64,000 nucleotides of DNA from Spirochaetia bacterium (GTDB lineage Bacteria > Spirochaetota > Spirochaetia > CAKZLE01), in assembly GCA_963677595.1 (NCBI GenBank), contig OY782041.1, positions 4,261,377-4,325,376 on the forward strand, in the 5' to 3' direction. Position numbers and translations under genes: made by a program. Shown piece by piece: positions 39,373-49,097 of this stretch. Numbering within the stretch: position 1 is the stretch's first letter; the number at the start of each line of letters is the position of its first letter. Below the pieces are notes generated by a model. That model was not told the DNA's origin. It worked only from the letters and a program-made list of their open reading frames with translations, and searched no databases.

Positions 39373-40973
39373 CAGGTGAGCTCCACGAGCATCGCCTCGT
39401 ACCCTGCCACCCGCACGAGCTCGTCATAGGACGCATCAGAAGCCTGCAGCAGGATACGACCCCACTGCGAGAAGTGGAGCTGGTCAGGGTCGACAGCGAC
39501 CGGGTGCCGGCTGAAGTTGAGCAGGCAGAGGATCATCCGCTCATCGTCGAACCGGAAGAAACAGAGCAGGTCCGGAGACTGGAGGTCCATATACCGAATA
39601 TCACCGGCATGGAGCAGGTCGATCTCCCGCCGTATCCGGATGATCACCCGGTACCAGGAGAGCAGGGAGGCCGGGTCCTCCCGCTGGGAAGCGACCTGGT
39701 GATAGTCCCCCCACTCCTCGTCCACGGGCAGCCAGGTATCCTCACTCGTCGAGAACCCGTGCTGGGGAGAATCATCCCACTGCATGGGAAGGCGCTCTGG
39801 GTCCCTCCCGGCGTAGAACGGCCAGTACTGGAGCCCGGGCGGATCGACCATCTGGTTGCGCGGGACCCTCCGGTGGCGCATCCCGATCTCCTCGCCGTAG
39901 TAGATGAACGGTGTCCCCCGCTGCATCAGCAGGAAGAGCGCGGCGACCTTCGCCCGGGCTTCGCTGTTCCCGAAACGCGAGAAGGCACGTTTCTGGTCAT
40001 GGTTGGAGAGGACCCAGGCAGGCCAGCCCCTCCCATCCACTGCCTCATACCAGGCAAGGGCCAGTTTCCTGAACTCCTTGGCATCCCAGGAAGCCCAGAT
40101 GAAGGAGAAGTCGAACGCAAGGTGAAGCTGATCCTCCCCAAGGTAGGAGGCAACGACCTCCGGTTCCCCGGGGGCCTCGACGTTGATCTCCCCGACCAGC
40201 ATCCGGTTGGGGGAAGAGTCGATGAGGGCCCGCAGCTCGCCGATCCTCGTATGGGACTCCTCGCGGTTCCGGTCATAGATATGGCGCTGCAGGTCATACG
40301 GCCTGACGGTTGCCCCGAGCCCGTAGGGATTGCTCCTGAGCTGCTCATCCTTGATGATATGGTTGATGACATCCAGCCGGAAGCCGTCGACCCCGAGGTC
40401 GAGCCAATAGGAGACCTCCCCGAAGAGTCTCTTCACCAGCTCATCATTCCTCCAGTTGAGATCCGGCTGCTCCGCCTTGAATGAGTGGAGGTAGTACTGT
40501 CCGGTACTTTTGTCGAAGGTCCATGCGCTCCCGCCGAAGGCTCCGAGCCAGTTATTAGGCGGCCTCCCTCGGACCGGGTCCGCCCAGATGTAGTAATCCC
40601 TGCAGGGAGAGTAACGCGATGAGCGGCTCTCGATGAACCAGCGGTGCTCGCAGGAGGTATGGTTCAGGACGAGGTCGAAGATCACCCTGATCCCCCGCTC
40701 ATGCGCCTCCTTGATCAGGCGCACCACGTCCTCAAGGCTGCCGTAGGCAGGGTCTATACTGCGGTAATCACTTATGTCATACCCGAAATCCGCCATCGGT
40801 GACTGGAAGATCGGGGAGAGCCAGATCGCATCGATGCCGAGATAGGCTAGATACTCAAGCCGGGAGATGATCCCGGGGATATCGCCGATCCCGTCAGAAT
40901 TGCTGTCCTGGAAACTCCTCGGGTATATCTGGTAGATCACACCATGCTTCCACCAGACCCATGTATCACTCAT
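39372..40973 (-). CDS. GH13 alpha-glucosidase/oligo-1,6-glucosidase
   Basis: YQIYPRSF, DLVLNHTS, QPDLN, DGFRLDV, NHD. Confidence 0.92.
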   Translation of the reverse strand: MSDTWVWWKHGVIYQIYPRSFQDSNSDGIGDIPGIISRLEYLAYLGIDAIWLSPIFQSPMADFGYDISDYRSIDPAYGSLEDVVRLIKEAHERGIRVIFDLVLNHTSCEHRWFIESRSSRYSPCRDYYIWADPVRGRPPNNWLGAFGGSAWTFDKSTGQYYLHSFKAEQPDLNWRNDELVKRLFGEVSYWLDLGVDGFRLDVINHIIKDEQLRSNPYGLGATVRPYDLQRHIYDRNREESHTRIGELRALIDSSPNRMLVGEINVEAPGEPEVVASYLGEDQLHLAFDFSFIWASWDAKEFRKLALAWYEAVDGRGWPAWVLSNHDQKRAFSRFGNSEARAKVAALFLLMQRGTPFIYYGEEIGMRHRRVPRNQMVDPPGLQYWPFYAGRDPERLPMQWDDSPQHGFSTSEDTWLPVDEEWGDYHQVASQREDPASLLSWYRVIIRIRREIDLLHAGDIRYMDLQSPDLLCFFRFDDERMILCLLNFSRHPVAVDPDQLHFSQWGRILLQASDASYDELVRVAGYEAMLVELT

Positions 40974-41103
40974 ACTCTCATCCTGTCAACATCATACCCC
41001 GATTCTGCTGAGATTTGAATCTTTTTCCGATTTTTTCATGCTCAAACGACTGTTTCCTTTACCACCGTATTTTTGTACGTTATAGCCATACCATGGAGGA
41101 GTT

Positions 41104-42156
41104 ATGAAGAAGAGTAAGAAGATCGTATTCTATGACGCGAAACCCTATGATATCGAATCGTTCGAGGCGATCGGGGACCAGGGGGAATTCAGGTTCAGCT
41201 TCGTCACCGACCGGCTCAGGCCGGATACCGCCTCCCTCATGTACGGCGCAGACGCAGTCTGCCTCTTCGTGAACGACCAGGTCACCGAGGAGACGGCAGA
41301 GCTCATAGCCTCTTACGGGATCAGGCTGATCGCCCTCCGCTGTGCCGGGTACAACAACATCGACCTCAAGGCAGTCTACAGCAGGAAGATCCATGTGGTG
41401 CGGGTACCGGCCTACTCTCCCCATGCGGTCGCGGAACATGCCGCGGCCCTGCTCATGGCACTCAACAGGAAGACACACAAGGCATATAACAGGACGAGGG
41501 AGAGCAACTTCAATATAGCGGGACTCACCGGCTTCGACCTCCACGGGAAGAAGGTCGGCATCATCGGTGCAGGGAGGATCGGCAGGGTCATGATCTCCAT
41601 CATGCGCGGGTTCGGGACCAAACTGCTCATCCATGACCGGTACCGGGACCCCGCACTGCTCGAGGACCCGATGGTCTCCTATGTCGAGCTTCCCAAACTC
41701 TATGCCGAGAGCGATATCATATCACTCCACTGCCCCCTCACCGACGGGACCTACCATATGATTAACCGTGAGGCGATCGGGAAGATGAAGCAGGGGGTCA
41801 TCCTGATCAACACGAGCCGGGGACAGCTCATCGACACGGCAGCCCTGCTCGAGGGGTTGAAATCAGAGAAGATCGGGGGTGCCGGCTTAGATGTCTACGA
41901 GGAGGAGAGCGAGTACTTCTTCCATGACTACTCACTCAGCCATATCGACGATGACCAGCTCGCACGGCTGCTCTCGTTCAACAACGTCCTCATCACCTCC
42001 CACCAGGGGTTCCTCACCAGGGAGGCCCTGGCGAACATCGCCATGACGACGGTCGAGAACCTGCGGGCATACTTCAGTGATGCCCCCCTGCCGAACGAGG
42101 TCTGCTACCGGTGTGAGTCTGGCTGTGTGAAGGAAGAGAAGGGACGCTGCTTCTAG
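41104..42156 (+). CDS. ldhA: D-lactate dehydrogenase / D-2-hydroxyacid dehydrogenase
   Basis: LRCAGYNN, VPAYSPHAVAEH, GAGRIG, NTSRG, DVYEEE, TSHQGF. Confidence 0.88.
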   Translation: MKKSKKIVFYDAKPYDIESFEAIGDQGEFRFSFVTDRLRPDTASLMYGADAVCLFVNDQVTEETAELIASYGIRLIALRCAGYNNIDLKAVYSRKIHVVRVPAYSPHAVAEHAAALLMALNRKTHKAYNRTRESNFNIAGLTGFDLHGKKVGIIGAGRIGRVMISIMRGFGTKLLIHDRYRDPALLEDPMVSYVELPKLYAESDIISLHCPLTDGTYHMINREAIGKMKQGVILINTSRGQLIDTAALLEGLKSEKIGGAGLDVYEEESEYFFHDYSLSHIDDDQLARLLSFNNVLITSHQGFLTREALANIAMTTVENLRAYFSDAPLPNEVCYRCESGCVKEEKGRCF

Positions 42157-42599
42157 GCTGTGTGGATGGAGAGCAGGACCGTACGGACATCCTCGGGGAT
42201 GGGGATGGGACGGCCGGTCTCCAGGTTCACGTGCCCGACCTTGGTCTTCTGGGTGGAGAGCACCTCCTCCCCCCGCTTGATCACCTGGCTGAGCAGCATG
42301 GAGAACCGCTCACAGCGGTCAACCGTGGTCTCGACGGTGAGCAGGTCATCGAGAAAGGCCGGCTTGATGTAGTCGATCGACAGCGACCGCACGACGAAGG
42401 CTCGCCGTTCTCCTGAGAGGGCCTCGGCCTGTTCGATGCCCAGGACTCTCAGCAGCTCGGTGCGGGCATGCTCGGTGAGGTCGAGGTAGTTGCTGTGGTA
42501 GACGATCCCGCCCGCATCGGTATGGCTGTAGTATACCCGCTCCTGGTAATAGCAGACAGCGGCATCAATGACGGCGGTACCGAGGCAGGATCGTTCCAT
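42153..42599 (-). CDS. YbgC/FadM-family acyl-CoA thioesterase
   Basis: RVYYSHTDAGGIVYHSNYL...EHAR. Confidence 0.88.
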   Translation of the reverse strand: MERSCLGTAVIDAAVCYYQERVYYSHTDAGGIVYHSNYLDLTEHARTELLRVLGIEQAEALSGERRAFVVRSLSIDYIKPAFLDDLLTVETTVDRCERFSMLLSQVIKRGEEVLSTQKTKVGHVNLETGRPIPIPEDVRTVLLSIHTA

Positions 42600-42612
42600 C
42601 ACGCACTCCTTA

Positions 42613-43872
42613 TTATGCTTCGATCGTCTTGAAATCGAAATCGAGGGTCGCGAAGAGGTCATCGATCGTCTCCGCCCTCCTGATCAGCTCCACAGAGGTA
42701 TCGGGCTTGAGCAGCAGCTCAGCTGACCGCAGCTTCCCGTTGTAGTTGAATCCCATCGCGTAGCCGTGTGCCCCGGCATCATGAATCACCACGTAATCAT
42801 CCACATCGATCTTCGGGAGCTTCCGGTCGATGGCGAACTTGTCGTTGTTCTCGCAGAGCGACCCGGTCACGTCGTAGGTCTCGCTGGCTTCGGCATCCTC
42901 TTTCCCAAGCACAGTGATATGGTGGTAGGCACCATAGAGGGCTGGCCTCATGAGGTTGGTCATGCAGGCATCGAGCCCCACGTAGCTCTTGTACTTCTCG
43001 ACGACATGGCGAACCTGCCCCACGAGGTACCCATAGGGTCCGGTGACCATACGGCCGCACTCAAAGACGATCCTCAGGGGGTCTAGCCCTGCCGGGATGA
43101 TCTTCTGCTCGTACAGCTCCTTGATACCTGCAGACACTGCCTGCAGGTCGACCGGCTTCTCCTCCAAACGGTACGGGATACCGATCCCGCCGCCCATGTT
43201 GATGAACTCGATCCGGACACCAGCCTCCTCCCGGATCCTCAGGACCAGGTCGAAGAGCATGCGTGCCGTCTCGACGAAGTAGTCTCCGTTGAGCTCGTTC
43301 GAGGCGACCATGGTATGGAGTCCGAACCGCTTGACGCCTTTCGCCTTCGCAGACCGGTAGGCTTCCACGATCTGGTCACTGGTGAGCCCGTACTTGGCCT
43401 CGGTCGGGTGGCCGATGATCACATTACCCGTCCGGGCCTCTCCCGGGTTGTACCGGAAGCAGACCAGCTCAGGCATGCCCTCCACGCTCCGCTCGAGCGC
43501 CTCGATATGGGTGATGTCATCGAGGTTGACGATGGCACCAAGCTCCACGGCAGCGGAGAACTCCTCATCGGGGGTATCGTTAGAGGTGAACATGATCTCT
43601 TCCCCACTCAGCCCTACGCGCTCGGAGAGCAGCAGCTCGGGAAGGGAGGAGCAGTCGGCACCGAAGCCCTCCTCCTTGAGGATGCTCATGATCGTGGGGT
43701 TCGGGCAGGCCTTGACGGCAAAGTAGTTCTTGAACCCGGGAGCCCATGAGAAGGCTTCGGTGAAGGCCCGTGCATTGGCCCGGATGGCCGCTTCATCATA
43801 GATATGGAAGGGAGTGGGGACCTCTGCGGCCACCCGCTCGATGAATGCTCTGGTAAATGGGACGTTCTTCAT
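42613..43872 (-). CDS. lysA: Diaminopimelate decarboxylase
   Basis: FAVKACPN, KYG, NMGGG, ECGR, GSLCENND, HDAGAHG, YNG. Confidence 0.92.
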   Translation of the reverse strand: MKNVPFTRAFIERVAAEVPTPFHIYDEAAIRANARAFTEAFSWAPGFKNYFAVKACPNPTIMSILKEEGFGADCSSLPELLLSERVGLSGEEIMFTSNDTPDEEFSAAVELGAIVNLDDITHIEALERSVEGMPELVCFRYNPGEARTGNVIIGHPTEAKYGLTSDQIVEAYRSAKAKGVKRFGLHTMVASNELNGDYFVETARMLFDLVLRIREEAGVRIEFINMGGGIGIPYRLEEKPVDLQAVSAGIKELYEQKIIPAGLDPLRIVFECGRMVTGPYGYLVGQVRHVVEKYKSYVGLDACMTNLMRPALYGAYHHITVLGKEDAEASETYDVTGSLCENNDKFAIDRKLPKIDVDDYVVIHDAGAHGYAMGFNYNGKLRSAELLLKPDTSVELIRRAETIDDLFATLDFDFKTIEA

Positions 43873-43891
43873 GGTTGGTTATCTCCTGATC

Positions 43892-45124
43892 CTATAACGC
43901 GAGGTTCTTCTTGATGCTCTCGACAGCTGCGAGGATATCTTCACGGTGCCCGAAGGCGCTGAGACGGAAGTATCCCTCACCGGCAGGGCCGAATCCCACA
44001 CCCGGTGTCCCGACGACCCACGCCTCTGAGAGGAGTTTGTCGAAGAACTCCCAGGAGCTCAGCCCGTTCGGCGCATGGACCCACAGGTAGGGGGCATTGT
44101 CGCCGCCGTGGACGGTCAGCCCGACCGACTGGAGTCCCTCGCGTATGATCCGTGCGTTCTCCATGTAGTAAGCGATCAGGTCATAGCACTCCTTGAGCCC
44201 CTCGGGACTCAGGACGGCCTTCCCGCCTTCCTGGACGATGTTCGAGGCACCGTTGAAGAAAGTGCACTGCCGTCTGTTCCAGAGGCTGTTCACCTCTCCC
44301 GGTTCCGTCCCCTCGATGACGAGCTCTTTCGGGACGATGCTCCATCCGAGCCGCACGCCGGTGAAGCCTGCGAACTTCGAGAAGCTGTTGATCTCGACCG
44401 CGCACTCCCGTGCACCCTCGATCTCGAAGATGCTCTTCGGGTAGGAGGGGTCGGCGATGTACTCGCTGTAGGCGGCATCGAAGATGATCACAGCCTTGTG
44501 CTCACGGGCGTAATCGATGAAGCCTTTAAGCTGTTCCTTCGTGGCTACTGCACCGGTCGGGTTGTTCGGCGAACAGAGGTAGATCAGGTCCACATGGTCT
44601 TCCGGCACATCGGGGATGAACCCGTTTGCCTCATTACAGGGCATATAGACGAAATCATGGTAGCGGCTCGTCTCCAGGTCGAACCCGTTCGACCTGCCTG
44701 CGATCACGTTGGAGTCAACATAGACCGGGTATGCCGGGTCCTGGACTGCCACGATCGAGTCAGTGCTGAAGATCGACTGGATGTTACCGGAATCAGGTTT
44801 CGCTCCGTCACTGACGAAGAACTCGTCCGGAGCGAGGTCGATCCCGCGGGTCTCCTTGTAGAAGGAGACAAGGGCCTCACGAAGGTCCCCGTTCCCCTGC
44901 TCATCGCCGTACCCGCTGTAGGAGGCAAGGCTGCTGAGCTTATCCACGCCGGCATGCAGCCCCTTGATGATCGCAGGGGTGAGCGGTTCGGTCGTGTTGC
45001 CGATCCCGAGCTTCTTGATCTGTGCTTCCGGGTGTTCAGCCTGGAAGGACCTCATCCTCCGTGCGATCTCAGGGAACAGGTACCCTGCTGCCAGTTTCTT
45101 GTAATGTTCGTTTATTCGCGCCAT
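43892..45124 (-). CDS. dapL: LL-diaminopimelate aminotransferase
   Basis: YLFPEI, LGIG, GYGDEQG, FVSDGAK, SFSKFAGFTGVRLGW, TPGVGFG. Confidence 0.94.
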   Translation of the reverse strand: MARINEHYKKLAAGYLFPEIARRMRSFQAEHPEAQIKKLGIGNTTEPLTPAIIKGLHAGVDKLSSLASYSGYGDEQGNGDLREALVSFYKETRGIDLAPDEFFVSDGAKPDSGNIQSIFSTDSIVAVQDPAYPVYVDSNVIAGRSNGFDLETSRYHDFVYMPCNEANGFIPDVPEDHVDLIYLCSPNNPTGAVATKEQLKGFIDYAREHKAVIIFDAAYSEYIADPSYPKSIFEIEGARECAVEINSFSKFAGFTGVRLGWSIVPKELVIEGTEPGEVNSLWNRRQCTFFNGASNIVQEGGKAVLSPEGLKECYDLIAYYMENARIIREGLQSVGLTVHGGDNAPYLWVHAPNGLSSWEFFDKLLSEAWVVGTPGVGFGPAGEGYFRLSAFGHREDILAAVESIKKNLAL

Positions 45125-45157
45125 ATCTTCTATCAAATCTCCTAAAAAATACTTACG

Positions 45158-46057
45158 TTATACGTGTTCCAATCCCAGGGCATCGACCGCCTCGATGAGA
45201 ACCGCCCGGTTCTCCTCAGTCGAGAGCGGGCACATCGGGAGCCGGAATACCTCTTCGCACCAGCCGATATGAGCCATCGCCGTCTTGATGGGGATCGGGT
45301 TGGTCTCCACGAAACAGGCCTTGAAGAACGGCGCGAGCCGTGCCTCGAGTTCCCGGGCCTTCGCGATATCGCCGTCGAGGGCGGTATGGACCATCTCGGC
45401 CATCTGATGCGGTATCAGGTTCGATGATACCGAAATCACGCCGTCTCCGCCAGCCTCTATCAGGTCGATCGTCATATTATCATCACCGGAAAGGACCCTG
45501 AACCGGTCGTGCCGGCCGGCGATGACCGATTTCATCTGGTCTAGGCTGCCAGAAGCCTCCTTCACCGCGATGATGTTGTCGCATTCGTTCATCAACCGGA
45601 TCACGACATCGGTCTCGATGTTGACGCCGGTCCTGCCGAAGATATTATAGAGGATGCAGGGGATGCCCACCGAATCGGCGATCGCCTTGAAGTGGAGATA
45701 GAGACCCTGCTGGGTCGGCTTGTTGTAATATGGGTTCACCAGCAATACGGCATCGACACCCGCGGATTCCGCATGCTGGGAGAGCTGGATCGCCTCCGAG
45801 GTCGCGTTGCTCCCCGTACCGGCGATGACCGGTACCCGGCCTGCTGAATACTCGACGGTGAGCCTGATCACCCGGTCATGCTCCTCATGGGAGAGCGTCG
45901 GGCTCTCCCCGGTGGTGCCGCAGGGGACGAGCCCATCGACACCCTGCTCGATCTGGAAATCTATCAGCCGCTTGAGGGCTGCCTCATCCACGGCACCTTC
46001 CGCCGTGAACGGGGTCACTAATGCAGTATATACACCCCTGAATACTAATTCACTCAT
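45158..46057 (-). CDS. dapA: 4-hydroxy-tetrahydrodipicolinate synthase
   Basis: GTTGES, GTGSN, PYYNKP, KEAS, ETNPIP. Confidence 0.95.
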   Translation of the reverse strand: MSELVFRGVYTALVTPFTAEGAVDEAALKRLIDFQIEQGVDGLVPCGTTGESPTLSHEEHDRVIRLTVEYSAGRVPVIAGTGSNATSEAIQLSQHAESAGVDAVLLVNPYYNKPTQQGLYLHFKAIADSVGIPCILYNIFGRTGVNIETDVVIRLMNECDNIIAVKEASGSLDQMKSVIAGRHDRFRVLSGDDNMTIDLIEAGGDGVISVSSNLIPHQMAEMVHTALDGDIAKARELEARLAPFFKACFVETNPIPIKTAMAHIGWCEEVFRLPMCPLSTEENRAVLIEAVDALGLEHV

Positions 46058-46812
46058 ACTTGTTCTCCTATCAGACTCTGCAGCAGATCATCGATAGAGA
46101 AGAAACCCTTCCTCCCATCGATCCATTCGGCCGCCGTGATCGAACCCGCGGCGAAGCCCTCCCGGTTCCGTGCCCGGTGGGTCAGCTCGATACTGTCCAC
46201 AGGACTGTCGAAGATGACCGTATGGGTACCCGGTATCGCCCCTCCCCGCGTCGAGGAGACATGCAGCTCATGCGCCTCGATCGGCCGGTCCAGCATCTCG
46301 GTGACGACTGCCGATTTCCGGTCCAGCCCGTCGATGAGGATCTTCCCGATCATGGCGGCAGTCCCCGAGGGACTGTCGGCCTTCTTGTTGTGGTGGAACT
46401 CATGTACCATGCAGTCATAGGCGCCGAACCCGTCCATGACGGCTGCGGCCTTCCTGACCATCTCGAAGAAGAGGTGTACTCCGACCGAGAAGTTCCCTGA
46501 CCAGATGCACCCGATCCGTTCCCCGACGATGCCCGATACCTCGTCCATGCGGTCGTACCACCCGGTGGTACCGACCACACAGGAGATGCCGATCTCAGCA
46601 TACCGTGATATATTCCCGATGACAACCGAGGGGATCGTGAAATCGATGACTACCTGTGCATCCTTCAAGGATGCTGCGGAGATCTCCGAGGCAGTCACGT
46701 CACGGTCCGTGCTGACCGGGTCGATCACGGCAACCACCTCGTGACCGGCCTCAAGGGCCTTCAACCTGATCAATCTTCCCATCCGGCCGTAGCCGCTGAT
46801 CGCTATCTTCAT
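46054..46812 (-). CDS. dapB: 4-hydroxy-tetrahydrodipicolinate reductase
   Basis: GYGRMG, IDFT, GTTG, EFHHNKKADSPSGTA. Confidence 0.95.
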   Translation of the reverse strand: MKIAISGYGRMGRLIRLKALEAGHEVVAVIDPVSTDRDVTASEISAASLKDAQVVIDFTIPSVVIGNISRYAEIGISCVVGTTGWYDRMDEVSGIVGERIGCIWSGNFSVGVHLFFEMVRKAAAVMDGFGAYDCMVHEFHHNKKADSPSGTAAMIGKILIDGLDRKSAVVTEMLDRPIEAHELHVSSTRGGAIPGTHTVIFDSPVDSIELTHRARNREGFAAGSITAAEWIDGRKGFFSIDDLLQSLIGEQV

Positions 46813-47052
46813 CTCATTGCTCCTGTATGTTCCTTACTATAGAGTAATAATAACTTTTTGTCCATATAATAACAAAATGTTTTTATAGTAACTTGACACA
46901 GCACTGTCTTTCAATTTCCCAGCCAGGGCAATCGCGTAAAAAGTAAACACGGCCAATAAGCCCAGGATTTGAAGATTTCAGATTCTGGGCATTCTTATCT
47001 GGATTAAAGTATATGGTTGTGTTACCATATACTTATGTGAAGGAGGCAACTC

Positions 47053-47625
47053 ATGGGAAGGTTTCCAGCATGGGCGGAGCGCCAGAAGAGAAAAGGGACG
47101 GTGATCAAGTCAGATGGCAAAGGTCACTACTCACTGTACAAGAACTCGTCGAAGCGGGTCCCGGGGAAGAAGAACCCGCAGCCTGTCCAGACGTATATCG
47201 GGGCCATCACCCCAGACGGGGTGATGGAGCGATTCGACATCAACAGACAGTCCAGCGGCATCAGGATATGGGAATACGGATTCTCGTATGCCCTGCAGGC
47301 GCTTGCCCCGCCCTCGTTCCTGAAGGATCTTGGATCAAAGGACCGGGCGATCTTAGTTCTGGGGTGCCTCATCGTTTCGGAATCGGATGAATCATACTTG
47401 TACCGAAGCAGGAGCTCATGGTGTGACGGGTGTGACGGCACCTGCATCTCGCTCCAGAAGAAGAAGCTGGAACGGCTCATAGGATTCACCTTCGAGTATC
47501 TTGCACCGCTGAAGATGATACGACTTGCCGAGATTGGTGGCCAGTTGGTCATGACAGAGATAGGAGAGCTGCAGCAGCGCATCCTAGAAGAAACAGGAGT
47601 GGAACTGCCATGGGACATTCAGTAA
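47053..47625 (+). CDS. IS-borne accessory protein (190 aa), resembles the non-catalytic termini of IS1634/IS4-like transposases
   Basis: SD AAGGAGG; inside the IRs; overlaps the transposase start by 16 nt; no DDE triad seen. Confidence 0.75.
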   Translation: MGRFPAWAERQKRKGTVIKSDGKGHYSLYKNSSKRVPGKKNPQPVQTYIGAITPDGVMERFDINRQSSGIRIWEYGFSYALQALAPPSFLKDLGSKDRAILVLGCLIVSESDESYLYRSRSSWCDGCDGTCISLQKKKLERLIGFTFEYLAPLKMIRLAEIGGQLVMTEIGELQQRILEETGVELPWDIQ

Positions 47626-48848
47626 AGAAACAACGAAGAGACGAGAGACAGCGAGCTGTTGAGGCATGGAGGATCAGCCTGCGGGAGGCCTTCTCCCGCA
47701 TTCCCGACCCACGTGACGTGCGGGGTAAGCGGTACCGGCTTGATGACATTCTCATCCTGGCGACCTACGGGACCCTCTGGGGATTCACAGATTTCGTGAA
47801 TATGTGTGCGGAGCTGGAATACCACCTGAACTATTTCCGGCAGTTGCTTGGGGTTGAGCGGATACCGTCACATGACTGTTTCTCGGCAACCTTCGCAGCG
47901 ATAGACTCTGAACAGTTTATGACCTGTTTCATGGAATGGCTGTCCCAGATTCTGAGCTCGAGGGGCAAACACATCGCCATAGACGGCAAAGCCGTCAGAG
48001 CGGCCTGTGAGAAAGCCCACTCGAGCTACGTGCCGTACATCCTGAATGCTTTCCTGGTGGAGGAAGGCGTGCTGTTCAGCCAGATGCAGATCGATGCGAA
48101 GAAGAATGAGATTTCGACGATCCCGGAGTTCCTCGACTGGCTCGACCTCAATGATTCGATCGTTACTATCGATGCGATAGGGGCCCAGTACGAGATTGCC
48201 GATAAGATCGTGGCCAAAGGCGGGGTGTATGTCCTGCCGGTGAAGCTGAACCAGCCGTCACTGCAGCAGGACATCAAAGAGTACCTGGAGAATTATGGAG
48301 AGCCGGATTTCGATGACATCTCCTACCTGGAGACCGTCGACAAGGACCACGGGAGGATCGAAACCAGGAAATGCTACTACTCGGAGGATGTGTCCTGCCT
48401 CGAGTTTCAAGAGCACTGGGGCACGGTCAAGGCGATCGGTATGCTGGAACGACAGCGGATCGTGCTCAAGGATGCAGTCGATAAGAAAACCGGTGAGATC
48501 GTGAACGCCGATGAGGTGTCAGAGGAGCTGGTATGCTACATCATGAGCGCACCGCTTGGTGCTGAACAGTTCATGCACATCGCACGCGATCATTGGAAGA
48601 TCGAGCTGTTCCATTTCTCTCTTGATACGTCCTACCTGGAGGATCGGTGCACCGCCAGGAAGGGGAATGCCATGCAGAACCTCTCCCTGCTGAGGAAGCT
48701 CGTGATGAACCTGACCAAGCTTGATGACGACCCAAAGATGGTGAAAAGCTCTCAGAAAGGCCGGCAGATCCATTACCGTCACAGCTATGCGTCCTGTGAG
48801 AAGCTGCTGTTCGGAATCCTCCCAAGAAGGTACCAGGATCTCTTGTAG
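47610..48848 (+). CDS. ISAs1-family DDE transposase
   Basis: IPDPR, IPSHD, IAIDGK, KKNEI, VTIDA, VKLNQ, HGRIETR, RDHWKIE, LD...ED. Confidence 0.95.
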   Translation: MGHSVKKQRRDERQRAVEAWRISLREAFSRIPDPRDVRGKRYRLDDILILATYGTLWGFTDFVNMCAELEYHLNYFRQLLGVERIPSHDCFSATFAAIDSEQFMTCFMEWLSQILSSRGKHIAIDGKAVRAACEKAHSSYVPYILNAFLVEEGVLFSQMQIDAKKNEISTIPEFLDWLDLNDSIVTIDAIGAQYEIADKIVAKGGVYVLPVKLNQPSLQQDIKEYLENYGEPDFDDISYLETVDKDHGRIETRKCYYSEDVSCLEFQEHWGTVKAIGMLERQRIVLKDAVDKKTGEIVNADEVSEELVCYIMSAPLGAEQFMHIARDHWKIELFHFSLDTSYLEDRCTARKGNAMQNLSLLRKLVMNLTKLDDDPKMVKSSQKGRQIHYRHSYASCEKLLFGILPRRYQDLL

Positions 48849-49068
48849 CGCTGTAGCCTGAACTTCACAACGTACGGCCAGACCCGGTTCTGCTATGGAG
48901 CAGTTCCGGGTACCTGCGTCCGCCCAGCCCTGGATAACTCGGAGATCCTGGCAACAGGCTGAGGCATGAGGGGTCGCAATCGCAGCTACGACCTCTCTAA
49001 AGCCTATTTTGTCAATACCTTCACGCAATCCCTTTTAAGCGATTGCCTTGTTTCCCAGCCATTTGTTT

Positions 49069-49097
49069 TTGACAATATCTTCCTGTATTGTTATGAT
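49069..49097 (+). promoter_or_regulatory. sigma70 promoter of the acyl-CoA ligase gene, intact just right of the IS
   Basis: TTGACA-17 nt-TATGAT. Confidence 0.7.

Larger units (their letters stand above)
46924..49050 (+). mobile_element. Two-ORF ISAs1-family insertion sequence (2127 bp) with 9-bp target site duplication
   Basis: IRL CAGGGCAATCGCGTAAAA (46924); IRR read inward CAAGGCAATCGCTTAAAA (ends 49050); TTTCCCAGC at 46915-46923 and 49051-49059. Confidence 0.92.
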
